This document shows positions 1-9,239 of a stretch of 32,000 nucleotides of DNA, piece after piece (positions within the stretch are counted from its first letter, which is position 1; each line of letters starts with the position of its first letter). Location: positions 26,530 through 58,529 of the forward strand of contig DAOVER010000020.1 of the NCBI GenBank assembly GCA_030668875.1. Reading direction: 5' to 3'. This stretch comes from Candidatus Heimdallarchaeota archaeon. Lineage in GTDB: Archaea > Asgardarchaeota > Heimdallarchaeia > Heimdallarchaeales > Heimdallarchaeaceae. The position numbers and the translations under genes are program-made. The notes beneath the pieces are model-generated. The model was not told the DNA's origin, ran no database searches, and was given only the letters and a program-made list of their open reading frames with translations.

Positions 1-998
1 ATATCCAGTTCTGTTGCATAGGCACGGTTAGTCATATAACCTGTCATGATACCGTCTTTGATGATTTCAACCCTAACCCCCTTAACTCCTTCATCATCAT
101 AAGGCAACCAACCTGCACCCATCCAATTTGATCCTTTTTCAAAAGGTGTATCTGTAAGAGAAATTTGTTCTGAGCATACTTTTTGTCCTATTTTTCCTTT
201 TGTAAAGGAGCCCATTTGAACAAGATCAGCTTCAGCTGTATGCCCTACTGCTTCATGGGCTAAAACTCCGACGAGCATAGGGTCAAGAAGAACATTAGCT
301 AATCCACTGGGAATTAGCGGAGCATGTATAAGTTTGACAGCTTTTTCTAAGGCACCTCTAACAAGTTGATCAACAGGATGCAAGTCAAAGAATTCAGCTC
401 CACAAGTGTGAGACCATGAAGTGTAACCTGAACCCATTTTACCTTGTTCAATAGCAACTGCATAAGCCATCATGGTTGGTTTCATGTCTTCCCAACTCAA
501 CCTAGTTCCTTCGTTTGTTACAACAATTCGATGATCAACTACCTCATTAAAATTGATAGTCAAACTTTTAACTAAACTGAAATCTTCTTGTTGTTTAGCA
601 GCATCGATAATCATTTTGAGCTTTTCTTCTACAGAAAGATCTAACAGGTGTTTCTTTCTTGGGGATTGCAATTTTTCTTTTACTATTTCTACGTCTGCAA
701 GCTTAATCCTTTTCTCTTTATGTGACGAAGAAGTTTTTGAAAGAGAAACAGCTTTTACTACGGTTTCTAGTATCTGCTCTTTACTCGTGAAGTTAGTTGA
801 TGCTAAACCCCAACTACCATCAGTGAGAGCTCTAACGCAAACACCCTGACGAGAACCAGTAGTACTATTTAAGTCACCGTTTTTATATTGAAAATTCGCC
901 AGATACTTATCTTGATAACGAAGTTCAACATAATCAGCTCCGCTTTTCTCCCCCGCTTCTAAACCTTTTATTAATAAATCTTTATCAAATGAATTCAT
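1..998 (-). CDS. tldD: TldD/PmbA family metalloprotease, TldD subunit (runs off the left edge)
   Basis: Not in ORF track. Manual translation from ATG 998: MNSFDKDLLIKGLEAGEKSGADYVELRYQD...GVCVRALTDGSWGLAST...GVLAHEAVGHTAEAD...PYDDEGVKG. The HExxGH and DDEG motifs are typical of TldD; GGTGA lies upstream. Confidence 0.9.
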   Translation of the reverse strand, partial: MNSFDKDLLIKGLEAGEKSGADYVELRYQDKYLANFQYKNGDLNSTTGSRQGVCVRALTDGSWGLASTNFTSKEQILETVVKAVSLSKTSSSHKEKRIKLADVEIVKEKLQSPRKKHLLDLSVEEKLKMIIDAAKQQEDFSLVKSLTINFNEVVDHRIVVTNEGTRLSWEDMKPTMMAYAVAIEQGKMGSGYTSWSHTCGAEFFDLHPVDQLVRGALEKAVKLIHAPLIPSGLANVLLDPMLVGVLAHEAVGHTAEADLVQMGSFTKGKIGQKVCSEQISLTDTPFEKGSNWMGAGWLPYDDEGVKGVRVEIIKDGIMTGYMTNRAYATELD

Positions 999-1134
999 TC
1001 ATTCACCACATTTCTTACTGATTGGTTACTACTATTTAATATATTGGAAAAAAGTGACCATGTTCTTTCTCCAAATAAAATAATGATTGTACTAAAAAAA
1101 TGATGATTTTATTCTTTTCTAAAATAACTTGAAG

Positions 1135-3141
1135 TTAAATAAATAACATTCCAACATGTGCAATAATTGAAGCTAGTACAATGCCATAAATTAATGTACC
1201 TAGAAATATAAGTATAACCTCTTTGATTTTATATTCTTTTAACATCATACCTAGCGCGATTATACATGGTACTCCTGTGCAAGCTAAAATTCCAAAAGTA
1301 ACTAATTTGAGGTTTGTCAAAGCTTGAACACCAGTTTGTCCTAATACAGTTAATAACATTGCACTAGTGAGATCTTTTTGAATAAAACCAAATAATAATG
1401 GCACAATAAATTCTCCTTCAAGGTTGAATAAGAATCCCATTATATTGTCAAAAGGTTTGATAAAGAAACTTGTTACTCCTAATTGCTCAAGAATGGAAAA
1501 TAATATCCCACCTATTACTAGCATGGGAATGACCACTTTAACAAAGTCTTTCATTCGTAACCAACTTTTTGCGAATACATTTTTCAGCATTGGTTTTCTA
1601 TATGGTGGTAATTCTATTAATAGTGGTTCTGTATCTTCTCTTATTATATGCTTCAACACTACTGCCCACAATAGCAAAGAGATAATTTCAACAGCAAAAA
1701 CTAATAATGCTAACCAGAAGGAACCGTAAAATCCTACTATTCCTAAAATAATTCCTATTCTAGATGAACATGGTATAAATGAGAATAGAAATGCTGTTTT
1801 AAGTCTGTCTTTTCTACGATTTATTATCCTTGTTGATGAATGAGCAGGAACTGTACATCCTAAACCCAACATTATTGATATAAATGATTTAGATGGAAGA
1901 CCAATGGAATCAAAGAATCGTTGAATTATCACTACAAATCTTGGTAACAATCCAACATCTTCTGTGAATCCGAGTATTAAGTAGAATATTAGAACATATG
2001 GAAGAGCAATTGCAACACCTGCAAAAAGCCCTGCTATGCCATCTCTAAATAAATTCAAGAAGGAAAAACTTCCTACTTGCCAGTAATTTTCTGGAATTAA
2101 ATTGATAAACCAATTTCCTATCCATAAAAATAATTCTTGTATTGCTTGTCCAGCAAATATTAGTATTGAGAACAAACAAACAAAAAAAATAATTGTGAGA
2201 ATAGGTCCCCCTATTTTATGTAGAAGGAATTTGTCAGCAAATGAGACTTCATTTATTCTTGTTTTCTTAAGGGGTGTAATATGAGTTGTTTGCTCCGTGA
2301 TAAATGAAGCAGTTCCATAACGTATTTTTGAAATATCTTCCTTAATGTTTTGATGTTTGTCAGAGATTTCTTCTTTCCTCTCCTCTAACTCGTTCTTTAC
2401 ATGGTCATTTATTTGTCCAGTAAAATCATCATCCTCTTCTAGTATTCTTAAGGCAACAAATCTAGTCGGTAACTTGTCCTTAACATTTCTTTCAATAAAG
2501 GAAATAAGTTCTTCAATATGATCATCATATTCTGTGCAATAATTTTCAATGTTCGGATTACAAGCTTTTTCACTAGCTGTTATAATTAAATTGTCAATAT
2601 TTCCAGTTATTGGATTGAACGGAACTACTTCCACTTCAAGTACTTGTGAGAGTTTTTTTGTATTTACGCTTATACCCTTCTTATACGCTTCTTCAAAGAA
2701 ATTTAATCCAATTATGATATTTTTTCCCGCTTCCATTACTTGCAAAGCAAAATATAAACTCCTTTCAAGTGCCGCTGCATTTGCAATTAAGATTACAACA
2801 TCGCTTTTTTCTGTTAAAATAGCTTTCTTAGTTATAGTCTCCTCTACACTTCTATCAGAAATAGAATAAATTCCTGGTGTATCTTTAAAGATGTATTTTA
2901 CCTCTTTTATAGTATTATCTTTTTTGTTAAAAATAGTAAAAATCTTTTCTGCGGAAGTAATTTCAACTGAAGTTCCTGGGAAATTTGAAACTTCTATTTT
3001 TGTTCCAACAAAGGCGTTTAATAGCGAACTTTTCCCTACGTTTGGTTGACCAAGTAAGAAAACGATTATCTCATCTTTCAAATTATCTGTACAAACAGAA
3101 AAATCATAATCCATTTTCTTTACTTTTTTGTTTTTTCTCAT
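1135..3141 (-). CDS. feoB: Ferrous iron transporter FeoB
   Basis: GTPase motifs GQPNVGKS, NFPGTSVE, DTPG, followed by a polytopic membrane domain with GLGCTVP and ELPPY motifs. Confidence 0.95.
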   Translation of the reverse strand: MRKNKKVKKMDYDFSVCTDNLKDEIIVFLLGQPNVGKSSLLNAFVGTKIEVSNFPGTSVEITSAEKIFTIFNKKDNTIKEVKYIFKDTPGIYSISDRSVEETITKKAILTEKSDVVILIANAAALERSLYFALQVMEAGKNIIIGLNFFEEAYKKGISVNTKKLSQVLEVEVVPFNPITGNIDNLIITASEKACNPNIENYCTEYDDHIEELISFIERNVKDKLPTRFVALRILEEDDDFTGQINDHVKNELEERKEEISDKHQNIKEDISKIRYGTASFITEQTTHITPLKKTRINEVSFADKFLLHKIGGPILTIIFFVCLFSILIFAGQAIQELFLWIGNWFINLIPENYWQVGSFSFLNLFRDGIAGLFAGVAIALPYVLIFYLILGFTEDVGLLPRFVVIIQRFFDSIGLPSKSFISIMLGLGCTVPAHSSTRIINRRKDRLKTAFLFSFIPCSSRIGIILGIVGFYGSFWLALLVFAVEIISLLLWAVVLKHIIREDTEPLLIELPPYRKPMLKNVFAKSWLRMKDFVKVVIPMLVIGGILFSILEQLGVTSFFIKPFDNIMGFLFNLEGEFIVPLLFGFIQKDLTSAMLLTVLGQTGVQALTNLKLVTFGILACTGVPCIIALGMMLKEYKIKEVILIFLGTLIYGIVLASIIAHVGMLFI

Positions 3142-3770
3142 ATCATTGCCACCATTATGCCCTTACAAAGACTTTTATCGATTGCAAGATGAGTATGTCT
3201 CGATTTTACTATAAAACAATCACTTATTTTCGTTATAATCTTAAGACGTTGACCAGGACATAACCCCATACTAATAATTCTTTCTAACATCCTTTTATCA
3301 GTGAAATTTAGTCCAGTAATGATTCCTTCATCTGAAGTGTATTGTGTTAACGGTTCTCCTGAATCCTCAAATTCCATTATCCTTTTCAAATTTTTTTCTA
3401 CTTCAAAAGAGATAAGGTGTTCAAGAATATGTGCATATCGATGAGCTGTCACGTTATCTAAATCTTTCAAAAAATAGTTTTCAATTATTTGATGAAAAGA
3501 AAGAATAGTATTTGCTTCTTCAAATCCTTTTTCTGTCATGTAGATTAGATCTTTTTCAAGTTTTACATAACCTGATTCCGATAATTCCTGTAATCCTTCA
3601 GTAAAAAACTCATCAAGATCTGTACCAATATATTCTACGACTATAGGTTCCCTAGCTAAATTACGAATTTCTTCAAAAGAACCTTTATTGTCAAGTTTTT
3701 CTTCTTTCAAGACACGTAAAATATTTTCTTTTACCATTTTGACCCTTTTTTGCCTTGAACTAAATGCCAT
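3138..3770 (-). CDS. DtxR/IdeR/MntR-family metal-dependent regulator with C-terminal FeoA domain
   Basis: HQIIE...AHRYAHILEH metal-ligand helix, then FeoA-like ERIISMGLCPGQRLKII. Overlaps feoB start by 4 nt. ATG 3770 preferred (GAGG upstream); ORF track starts at 3803. Confidence 0.8.
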   Translation of the reverse strand: MAFSSRQKRVKMVKENILRVLKEEKLDNKGSFEEIRNLAREPIVVEYIGTDLDEFFTEGLQELSESGYVKLEKDLIYMTEKGFEEANTILSFHQIIENYFLKDLDNVTAHRYAHILEHLISFEVEKNLKRIMEFEDSGEPLTQYTSDEGIITGLNFTDKRMLERIISMGLCPGQRLKIITKISDCFIVKSRHTHLAIDKSLCKGIMVAMI

Positions 3771-3804
3771 CTTTATCCTCATCGAATAGTATCGTGTGAG
3801 CATT

Positions 3805-3830
3805 TAAAGTTTCGGGTAACCGAAACTTTA
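3805..3830. promoter_or_regulatory. Perfect palindrome over the dtxR-feoB promoter (likely metal-regulator operator)
   Basis: TAAAGTTTCGG-GTAA-CCGAAACTTTA, 11-bp arms, overlapping TTATAAA (minus-strand TATA-like). Confidence 0.7.
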
Positions 3831-3901
3831 TAATCTGCTCGATATCACAAATAATTTTTTAAATCTTTCATTTTTCATTTGTTTATTTTTATAAAAGCTT
3901 A

Positions 3902-3917
3902 ATGTATGAAGATATCT
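3902..3917. repeat. Direct repeat copy 1, just past the nreA stop
   Basis: ATGTATGAAGATATCT, identical to 5218-5233; both copies are preceded by AAAAGCT within 1-2 nt. Confidence 0.7.
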
Positions 3918-3929
3918 TTGACCTTAATA

Positions 3930-5177
3930 TTAGATATCAAAGAAATCATCAAGCTTTCTTTGAGTTTTTTTAAGTTCATATAGTCTAGACTTGTGTTTCC
4001 AGTAGTCAATAGGATATTTGAAGTAATTAGTAACAACTTCGAACGCTTTATCGATTGTATCTGCCTTGATGTATTTCTTCTTTAGAGCTGCCCTAGTGGC
4101 TACTCTAATAACCCAAACACCTAACGGGAATCTATACTCATCAGAGATTTCTCGTAGCACTATCACTTGAGCTTGTCGCTTAATTTTCAATAGATATTCT
4201 GTAGCTGCAAGTCTAGCTGAATAGTACGCTCCAGTAACATTAGAAGCATATGTGGTTCGACCAGAATAAGGTTCCCAATCGCCTAAACCAATGTCTTTAC
4301 TACTAGGATTCATGAAAGCACCTCTGAACCAGGTTTCAACCATCTCAAATGCCCAGGAATCAGGAACGAAAATTATCACAAATCTATTACCAAAGAAAGT
4401 ATTTGTAAAAATTCTATACTCACCCAGTTCTTGGAATTTTTTAATCAAATCAACTTTTAGTTTTGATAGAATGTCATCTGTAGCAGTGATTGACCATCTA
4501 GTTGGGACAAGTTTCCTATTTTTTTCTCTCCCTAACATTCCAGCTGAGAATATTCTGATAATGGTGCTAACATCAATCTTTTCTTTACCAAGATATTCTA
4601 AAGCATCAGCAGCTAATAAATCAGTATCATAATACGCTTTCTCTATCGAATTGATAGGAGATTGATTTTCAGTTATAACTAGTTTTCTAATCGGTGCTAT
4701 TGGACCATGAGGATCTGATCGTTCATTAAGAGTAATCCTTGGGATAATATTTTTCTCTAATTCCACCTCAACATCAACAGCTTTTCTTCCCAATAGAAGC
4801 TCCTGACTCTTTTGAATTATATCTGAATCCAGAGGGCGTTTAACATCGATCTTTGATCTTGTTCTAAGGAGAGAGATTCTCATCTTAACTATATCTTCTT
4901 GGGTTTTTGTTAGCCAATTATCGGAATTATCAATGACATTAGCTCCAATTCTATCTACTGTTAACATGGGTCCCGCATTAAGAGTTGGATATCCTGACCA
5001 ACCTACAAAGAAAGAAGGAGGAGAAAAAGTATCGTCCAAGTTTGTTATTTTTGGTTTATCAATTGTATATTCATTGGACCACTTGTTAAGTAATGGACAA
5101 GTCTTCCTACCACAAAGCATTCTAGATGTTTTACAAACAACACAAAGGTCAAATTCTGTGGTAGAACTTGTTTCCAT
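3930..5177 (-). CDS. nreA: Archaeal DNA repair protein Nre (NreA)
   Basis: N-terminal CxxC...LCG...CP Cys cluster, LVPTRWSITA motif, C-terminal PIP box QRKLDDFF. ATG 5177 preferred over TTG 5186. Confidence 0.9.
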   Translation of the reverse strand: METSSTTEFDLCVVCKTSRMLCGRKTCPLLNKWSNEYTIDKPKITNLDDTFSPPSFFVGWSGYPTLNAGPMLTVDRIGANVIDNSDNWLTKTQEDIVKMRISLLRTRSKIDVKRPLDSDIIQKSQELLLGRKAVDVEVELEKNIIPRITLNERSDPHGPIAPIRKLVITENQSPINSIEKAYYDTDLLAADALEYLGKEKIDVSTIIRIFSAGMLGREKNRKLVPTRWSITATDDILSKLKVDLIKKFQELGEYRIFTNTFFGNRFVIIFVPDSWAFEMVETWFRGAFMNPSSKDIGLGDWEPYSGRTTYASNVTGAYYSARLAATEYLLKIKRQAQVIVLREISDEYRFPLGVWVIRVATRAALKKKYIKADTIDKAFEVVTNYFKYPIDYWKHKSRLYELKKTQRKLDDFFDI

Positions 5178-5217
5178 TATAATCAAAAATAAAACAGTAT
5201 TTTATTATTAAAAGCTG

Positions 5218-5233
5218 ATGTATGAAGATATCT
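5218..5233. repeat. Direct repeat copy 2, upstream of nreA next to a TATA-like TTTTAATAA (minus strand)
   Basis: ATGTATGAAGATATCT, identical to 3902-3917. Confidence 0.7.
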
Positions 5234-5319
5234 ATTTTTGAAACACACTTCTTTTAGCAATTAATCTATTTTACCAATATTTTTTAGTCACTTGATAACA
5301 CTAAAAAGGTGGAAAATTA

Positions 5320-5733
5320 TTGTTTCTTATGAAAAGTCCACCCTTATACCCCATTACATTCTTGAGAACAAATAATATTAAGGAAACCAGACGTTTTTAT
5401 GAGAACATCATGAACTTTCCAATAGCTTTAGAACAAAGTGGATGTTTTGTCTACAGAGTTGGAAATTACGGCTATTGGGGTTTTTGTGAAAATACTAAAG
5501 AACTTGTAGAAAAAGCTGAGCAAGTTTGTTTAACTGTAGTTGTTAAAACAATGAAAGAAGTTGATAAATGGCACAAACACCTGGTAGATTCTGGTGTAAC
5601 TGTAGCAAGATCTCCACAAAAAACAGAAAAGTACAAAATTTATAATGGATTTTACGCAGACCCATCTGGTTATACAATCGAAATACAATACTTCTATGAA
5701 GAAGGAGAACCTGTAGGGCATAAAGAATTCTAA
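5320..5733 (+). CDS. VOC/glyoxalase family protein
   Basis: ITFLRT...RFYENIMNF...FYADPSGYTIEIQ pattern; GGTGG RBS upstream. Confidence 0.85.
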   Translation: MFLMKSPPLYPITFLRTNNIKETRRFYENIMNFPIALEQSGCFVYRVGNYGYWGFCENTKELVEKAEQVCLTVVVKTMKEVDKWHKHLVDSGVTVARSPQKTEKYKIYNGFYADPSGYTIEIQYFYEEGEPVGHKEF

Positions 5734-5745
5734 GAAAGTGATTGG

Positions 5746-6138
5746 ATGAAGAGAGTAACGGGGATAGGTGGGATATTTTACAAATCGGAAAATCCGAAGA
5801 AATTAATGGAATGGTACGACAGACACTTAGGTTTTAATATGCATGAATCTGATGAGGTTGCAGTAATCTTCAAAGACACTTGCAAATGTGAGACAGATCG
5901 TCAAGAATATACAGTATGGTCACCATTTGCTAAAGATACAGATTACTTTGAACCAAGTGAAAAGGATTTCATGATAAATTTTCGTGTAGCAGATTTAGAA
6001 AAGTTAATTGATCTCTTAAAAGAGGAAGAAGTAGAAGTACTCGGAGATATCAAAAACTATAAACAAGGAAAATTTGCATGGATTTTGGATATAGAGAGAA
6101 ACAAAATTGAACTCTGGGAACCATCTAAAGAAGAATAG
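5746..6138 (+). CDS. VOC/glyoxalase/bleomycin-resistance family protein
   Basis: MKRVTGIGGIFYK...WYDRHLG...INFRVADL...GKFAWILD..RNKIELWEP; 12 nt from the previous gene. Confidence 0.9.
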   Translation: MKRVTGIGGIFYKSENPKKLMEWYDRHLGFNMHESDEVAVIFKDTCKCETDRQEYTVWSPFAKDTDYFEPSEKDFMINFRVADLEKLIDLLKEEEVEVLGDIKNYKQGKFAWILDIERNKIELWEPSKEE

Positions 6139-6234
6139 AATTTGAAAGGATGAGCTTACTCTTAACTCTATTGTGTTTGGTTTTCATAGTTTTTGGAATA
6201 AACTTAAATTCATTCTAAAAATACTACTCAAAAG

Positions 6235-8439
6235 GTGAAATATGTGGTTTTAAAGGAATTCAAATACGATGTTCCTGAATTATCTAAAGGTTATGCGGGA
6301 AAAACTCTCTATATTAATCTAGATTCATTGGAAGTAAAGATAGAAGATGTAACAGAAGAGATGAAAGAGAAATTCATAGGAGGAAAAGGTTTTGACCTCT
6401 ACCTTATGTGGAAGTATCTCCCAAAGGATAAGAAAACAAAATGGGATGATAACGAGAATGTACTTGCTATTGCATCTGGCCCTCTAGCGGGAACATCAAA
6501 TTTTCCTGGTTCTGGAAAGAGTATTGTGACTGGAGTCTCTCCCTTAACAGGCATTATTATAGATTCTAACGCAGGTGGATATTTTGGACCGTTTTTGAAA
6601 TATGCAGGATTTGATGCTCTTGCAATTCAAGGTAAATCTACAAAAGAAGTATCAATTTTTGTCAACGGAGAAGAAGGGAAAATCATAATTGATGATGCAG
6701 AAGATTTACCTTCTGAGACTTATAAAATTGGAACCATTTTAACAGAAAAATATGCTGACGATGAAAGAGACAAAAGAGAGATATCTGTTGTGTCAGCTGG
6801 ACCTGGAGCTGAAAATGCTTATTTTGGTTGTTTGAACTTCAGTTGGTTTGATCTAAAACGAAAGTACGTTAGATATAAGCAAGCAGGAAGAGGAGGAACA
6901 GGTACAATTCTGAGAAATAAGAAAATTAAAGCAATTGTTGTTAAGAAAAGGAATGTCAGAACCCAAGGAAATAATCCTGCTGATTTAGAAGCGGTAAAGA
7001 AAGTAGGGAGAAAACATACGAGTGAAATGATAGAATTAGATCCAAAGCAAAATGAAATGCGAGCTATAGGAACGGTACATTTAGTTCCTATTATGAATGA
7101 ATTTGATTTGCTACCAACTAAGAATTTCAAGTATGGTAGATTTGATAATCATGAGAATATAGGCAAGGAAGTATACCGAGCAAAATTCAACAAAGGTCCA
7201 GATCCTTGCTGGAAAGGTTGTGCAGTAGGATGCAGTCATGGTGTCAGTAATTTTGAGTGTAAAACAGGTCCATACAAAGGACAAAAAGTCTCAATAGATG
7301 GTCCTGAATATGAAACTCTCGCTGGTGTGGGAAGTAATTGGTATGTAGATGATCCTGATGTTGTTTTGGAAGTTAACTTCTACTGTGATAATTATGGTTT
7401 GGATACGATAAGTATTGGAACTGGAATAGCTTTTCTAATGGAGCTTTATGAATATGGTATTCTTAACAAAGAAAGAACTGGCGGATTAGATCTCTCTTGG
7501 AGTAATTCTGATGCTGCTTTGGAACTCATTCACCAAATAGCTAGAGCTGAAGGTTTTGGTAAAGTAGTTGGAATGGGTGTTAAGAAACTCAAGAAGTATT
7601 TTGTGGAAGAATATAACCTCTCTGACGAAGAAGCACAACTAGTACACGACATTGGAATGGAGTCTAAGGGATTAGAATTCAGTGAATACATAACGAAGGA
7701 AAGTCTTGCTCAGCAAGGGGGTTATGGTTTTGCATTGAAAGGACCTCAACATGATGAAGCATGGTTGATTTTCGAAGATATGGTTAGAAACAACATGCCT
7801 ACTTTTGAACAAAAAGCTAATGCACTCTGGTGGTTCCCAATGTGGAGAACATCATTCGGACTTCTAGGACTATGTAAACTTCCATGGAATGATATTGTGC
7901 CAGAAGATAACAGAGAATTTGCCACAGGAGCAATAGAAAAAGAAGGTATGAAAGTACCTGATGATTTAGCTGATCCTGCAAAAATACCAGAACATGTTCT
8001 AAACTACGTGGAATACTATAATGCTGTCACTGGAAAAAATATTAATTCGGTTGACTATATCATTATGAGTGAAAGGGTTTACAACTTCCAAAGATCAATT
8101 AATTTACTTCTAATACCAGAAGGTGTAACATACCGCGATTTAGATTCTATCCCTTATCGAGCTATGGGACCCGTTACTGAAGAAGAATACTTATCCAGAG
8201 AAGAAGAATATTATCTGAAACAACTCAAAGAAGAAGCTGGAATTGATGTAACAAATCTTTCAACTGAAGAAAAAATGAAAGAATTAAGAAAACTCAGAGA
8301 AGCAAGATATGAGAAACTAAAGAACGCAGTCTATATGAGACGTGGTTGGACAGATAAAGGTGTCCCCACACCTGAAAAATTAAAAGAACTTGGAATGGAT
8401 TTACCAGACTTTATTGATTTAGTGAAGAAACACCAGTAA
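6235..8439 (+). CDS. aor: Tungsten-dependent aldehyde:ferredoxin oxidoreductase family protein
   Basis: SPLTG, AGRGG, CWKGCAVGC, GPEYETL, DNYGLDTIS and GLCK motifs; typical length of 734 aa. Confidence 0.92.
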   Translation: MKYVVLKEFKYDVPELSKGYAGKTLYINLDSLEVKIEDVTEEMKEKFIGGKGFDLYLMWKYLPKDKKTKWDDNENVLAIASGPLAGTSNFPGSGKSIVTGVSPLTGIIIDSNAGGYFGPFLKYAGFDALAIQGKSTKEVSIFVNGEEGKIIIDDAEDLPSETYKIGTILTEKYADDERDKREISVVSAGPGAENAYFGCLNFSWFDLKRKYVRYKQAGRGGTGTILRNKKIKAIVVKKRNVRTQGNNPADLEAVKKVGRKHTSEMIELDPKQNEMRAIGTVHLVPIMNEFDLLPTKNFKYGRFDNHENIGKEVYRAKFNKGPDPCWKGCAVGCSHGVSNFECKTGPYKGQKVSIDGPEYETLAGVGSNWYVDDPDVVLEVNFYCDNYGLDTISIGTGIAFLMELYEYGILNKERTGGLDLSWSNSDAALELIHQIARAEGFGKVVGMGVKKLKKYFVEEYNLSDEEAQLVHDIGMESKGLEFSEYITKESLAQQGGYGFALKGPQHDEAWLIFEDMVRNNMPTFEQKANALWWFPMWRTSFGLLGLCKLPWNDIVPEDNREFATGAIEKEGMKVPDDLADPAKIPEHVLNYVEYYNAVTGKNINSVDYIIMSERVYNFQRSINLLLIPEGVTYRDLDSIPYRAMGPVTEEEYLSREEEYYLKQLKEEAGIDVTNLSTEEKMKELRKLREARYEKLKNAVYMRRGWTDKGVPTPEKLKELGMDLPDFIDLVKKHQ

Positions 8440-8476
8440 TTTTATTTGCTTTCTTTTCTCTTTTTTTTACTTTTCT
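8440..8476 (+). terminator. T-rich archaeal terminator after aor
   Basis: TTTTATTTGCTTTCTTTTCTCTTTTTTTACTTTTCT directly after the stop. Confidence 0.6.
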
Positions 8477-8595
8477 AAAAGTATAGAATTATGTGGTATT
8501 GCCTTACTTAGGGGGCATTTTAGGTAGAAAAACAATTGCTGGTTAAATAATATTTTTAAACTGCTTAGAAACTACACAATATAGGGGTAAAAATC

Positions 8596-8661
8596 ATGTT
8601 GACAGTATATTGGATTATACTGATGATTTTTCAAACAAAATTCAGAAAGAAAAAGGGGTAA
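8596..8661 (+). CDS. Possible 21-aa single-TM micropeptide upstream of the Arf GTPase
   Basis: MLTVYWIILMIFQTKFRKKKG; GGGGT RBS 7 nt before the ATG; ends 7 nt before the Arf start. Not in ORF track. Confidence 0.35.
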   Translation: MLTVYWIILMIFQTKFRKKKG

Positions 8662-8668
8662 GAACAAG

Positions 8669-9217
8669 ATGAGTTTCTTAAGATTACGAAACAAAGTAAA
8701 AAGCGTTAATAAAGCAAAGATATTAATATTGGGCTTAGATGCTGCGGGAAAAACAACTTTATCGAGATATCTGAGATACGGGGAATTTCAAGATAACACC
8801 GTTCCAACAATTGGTCAAAATATAGATACTTTTAGTGTGGAAGGGTGGACGATTACAACAATCGATGTAGCAGGACAAAAAAATTTCCGATTCCTATGGG
8901 AATCTCACTATCAGGGAAGTTCTGCAATTATTTTTGTTATAGATGCAGCAGATTATGAGAGATTGCCTGAAGCAAGAGATATACTTAAACGACATGTTTT
9001 CGATAACGCTCACCTAGATGGAGTTCCTGTTCTTATAATGGCAAATAAGCAAGATTTACCCGGATCAATAGACGCACCATTACTTGTTCAAATGTTAGAT
9101 TTACATAATCAATTTCTAGGGAGAACCTTCTCAGTTTTTGATTGCAGTATCCTTTATGGTGGAGGGATAATGGAATCATTCGGTTGGTTAGTAAATCAAC
9201 TAGAAATGCAGAAGTAA
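8669..9217 (+). CDS. Arf/Sar-family small GTPase (eukaryotic signature protein)
   Basis: GLDAAGKTT (G1), VPTIG (G2), DVAGQ (G3), LWESHY, MANKQD (G4), DCS (G5); short N-terminal extension. Confidence 0.92.
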   Translation: MSFLRLRNKVKSVNKAKILILGLDAAGKTTLSRYLRYGEFQDNTVPTIGQNIDTFSVEGWTITTIDVAGQKNFRFLWESHYQGSSAIIFVIDAADYERLPEARDILKRHVFDNAHLDGVPVLIMANKQDLPGSIDAPLLVQMLDLHNQFLGRTFSVFDCSILYGGGIMESFGWLVNQLEMQK

Positions 9218-9239
9218 ATTAGTGCAAGGGAGAGAAATA

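Noticed and set aside
553-849. + strand 98-aa ORF and similar antisense ORFs (1424, 2102, 2549, 2985, 4291, 4933, 5530, 6819, 10830, 13568, 14236, 14828, 15546, 16526, 17184, 20923, 20952, 23952, 25956, 29901, 29929)
   Set aside because: Shadow ORFs overlapping well-supported genes on the other strand or frame, with no recognisable motifs.
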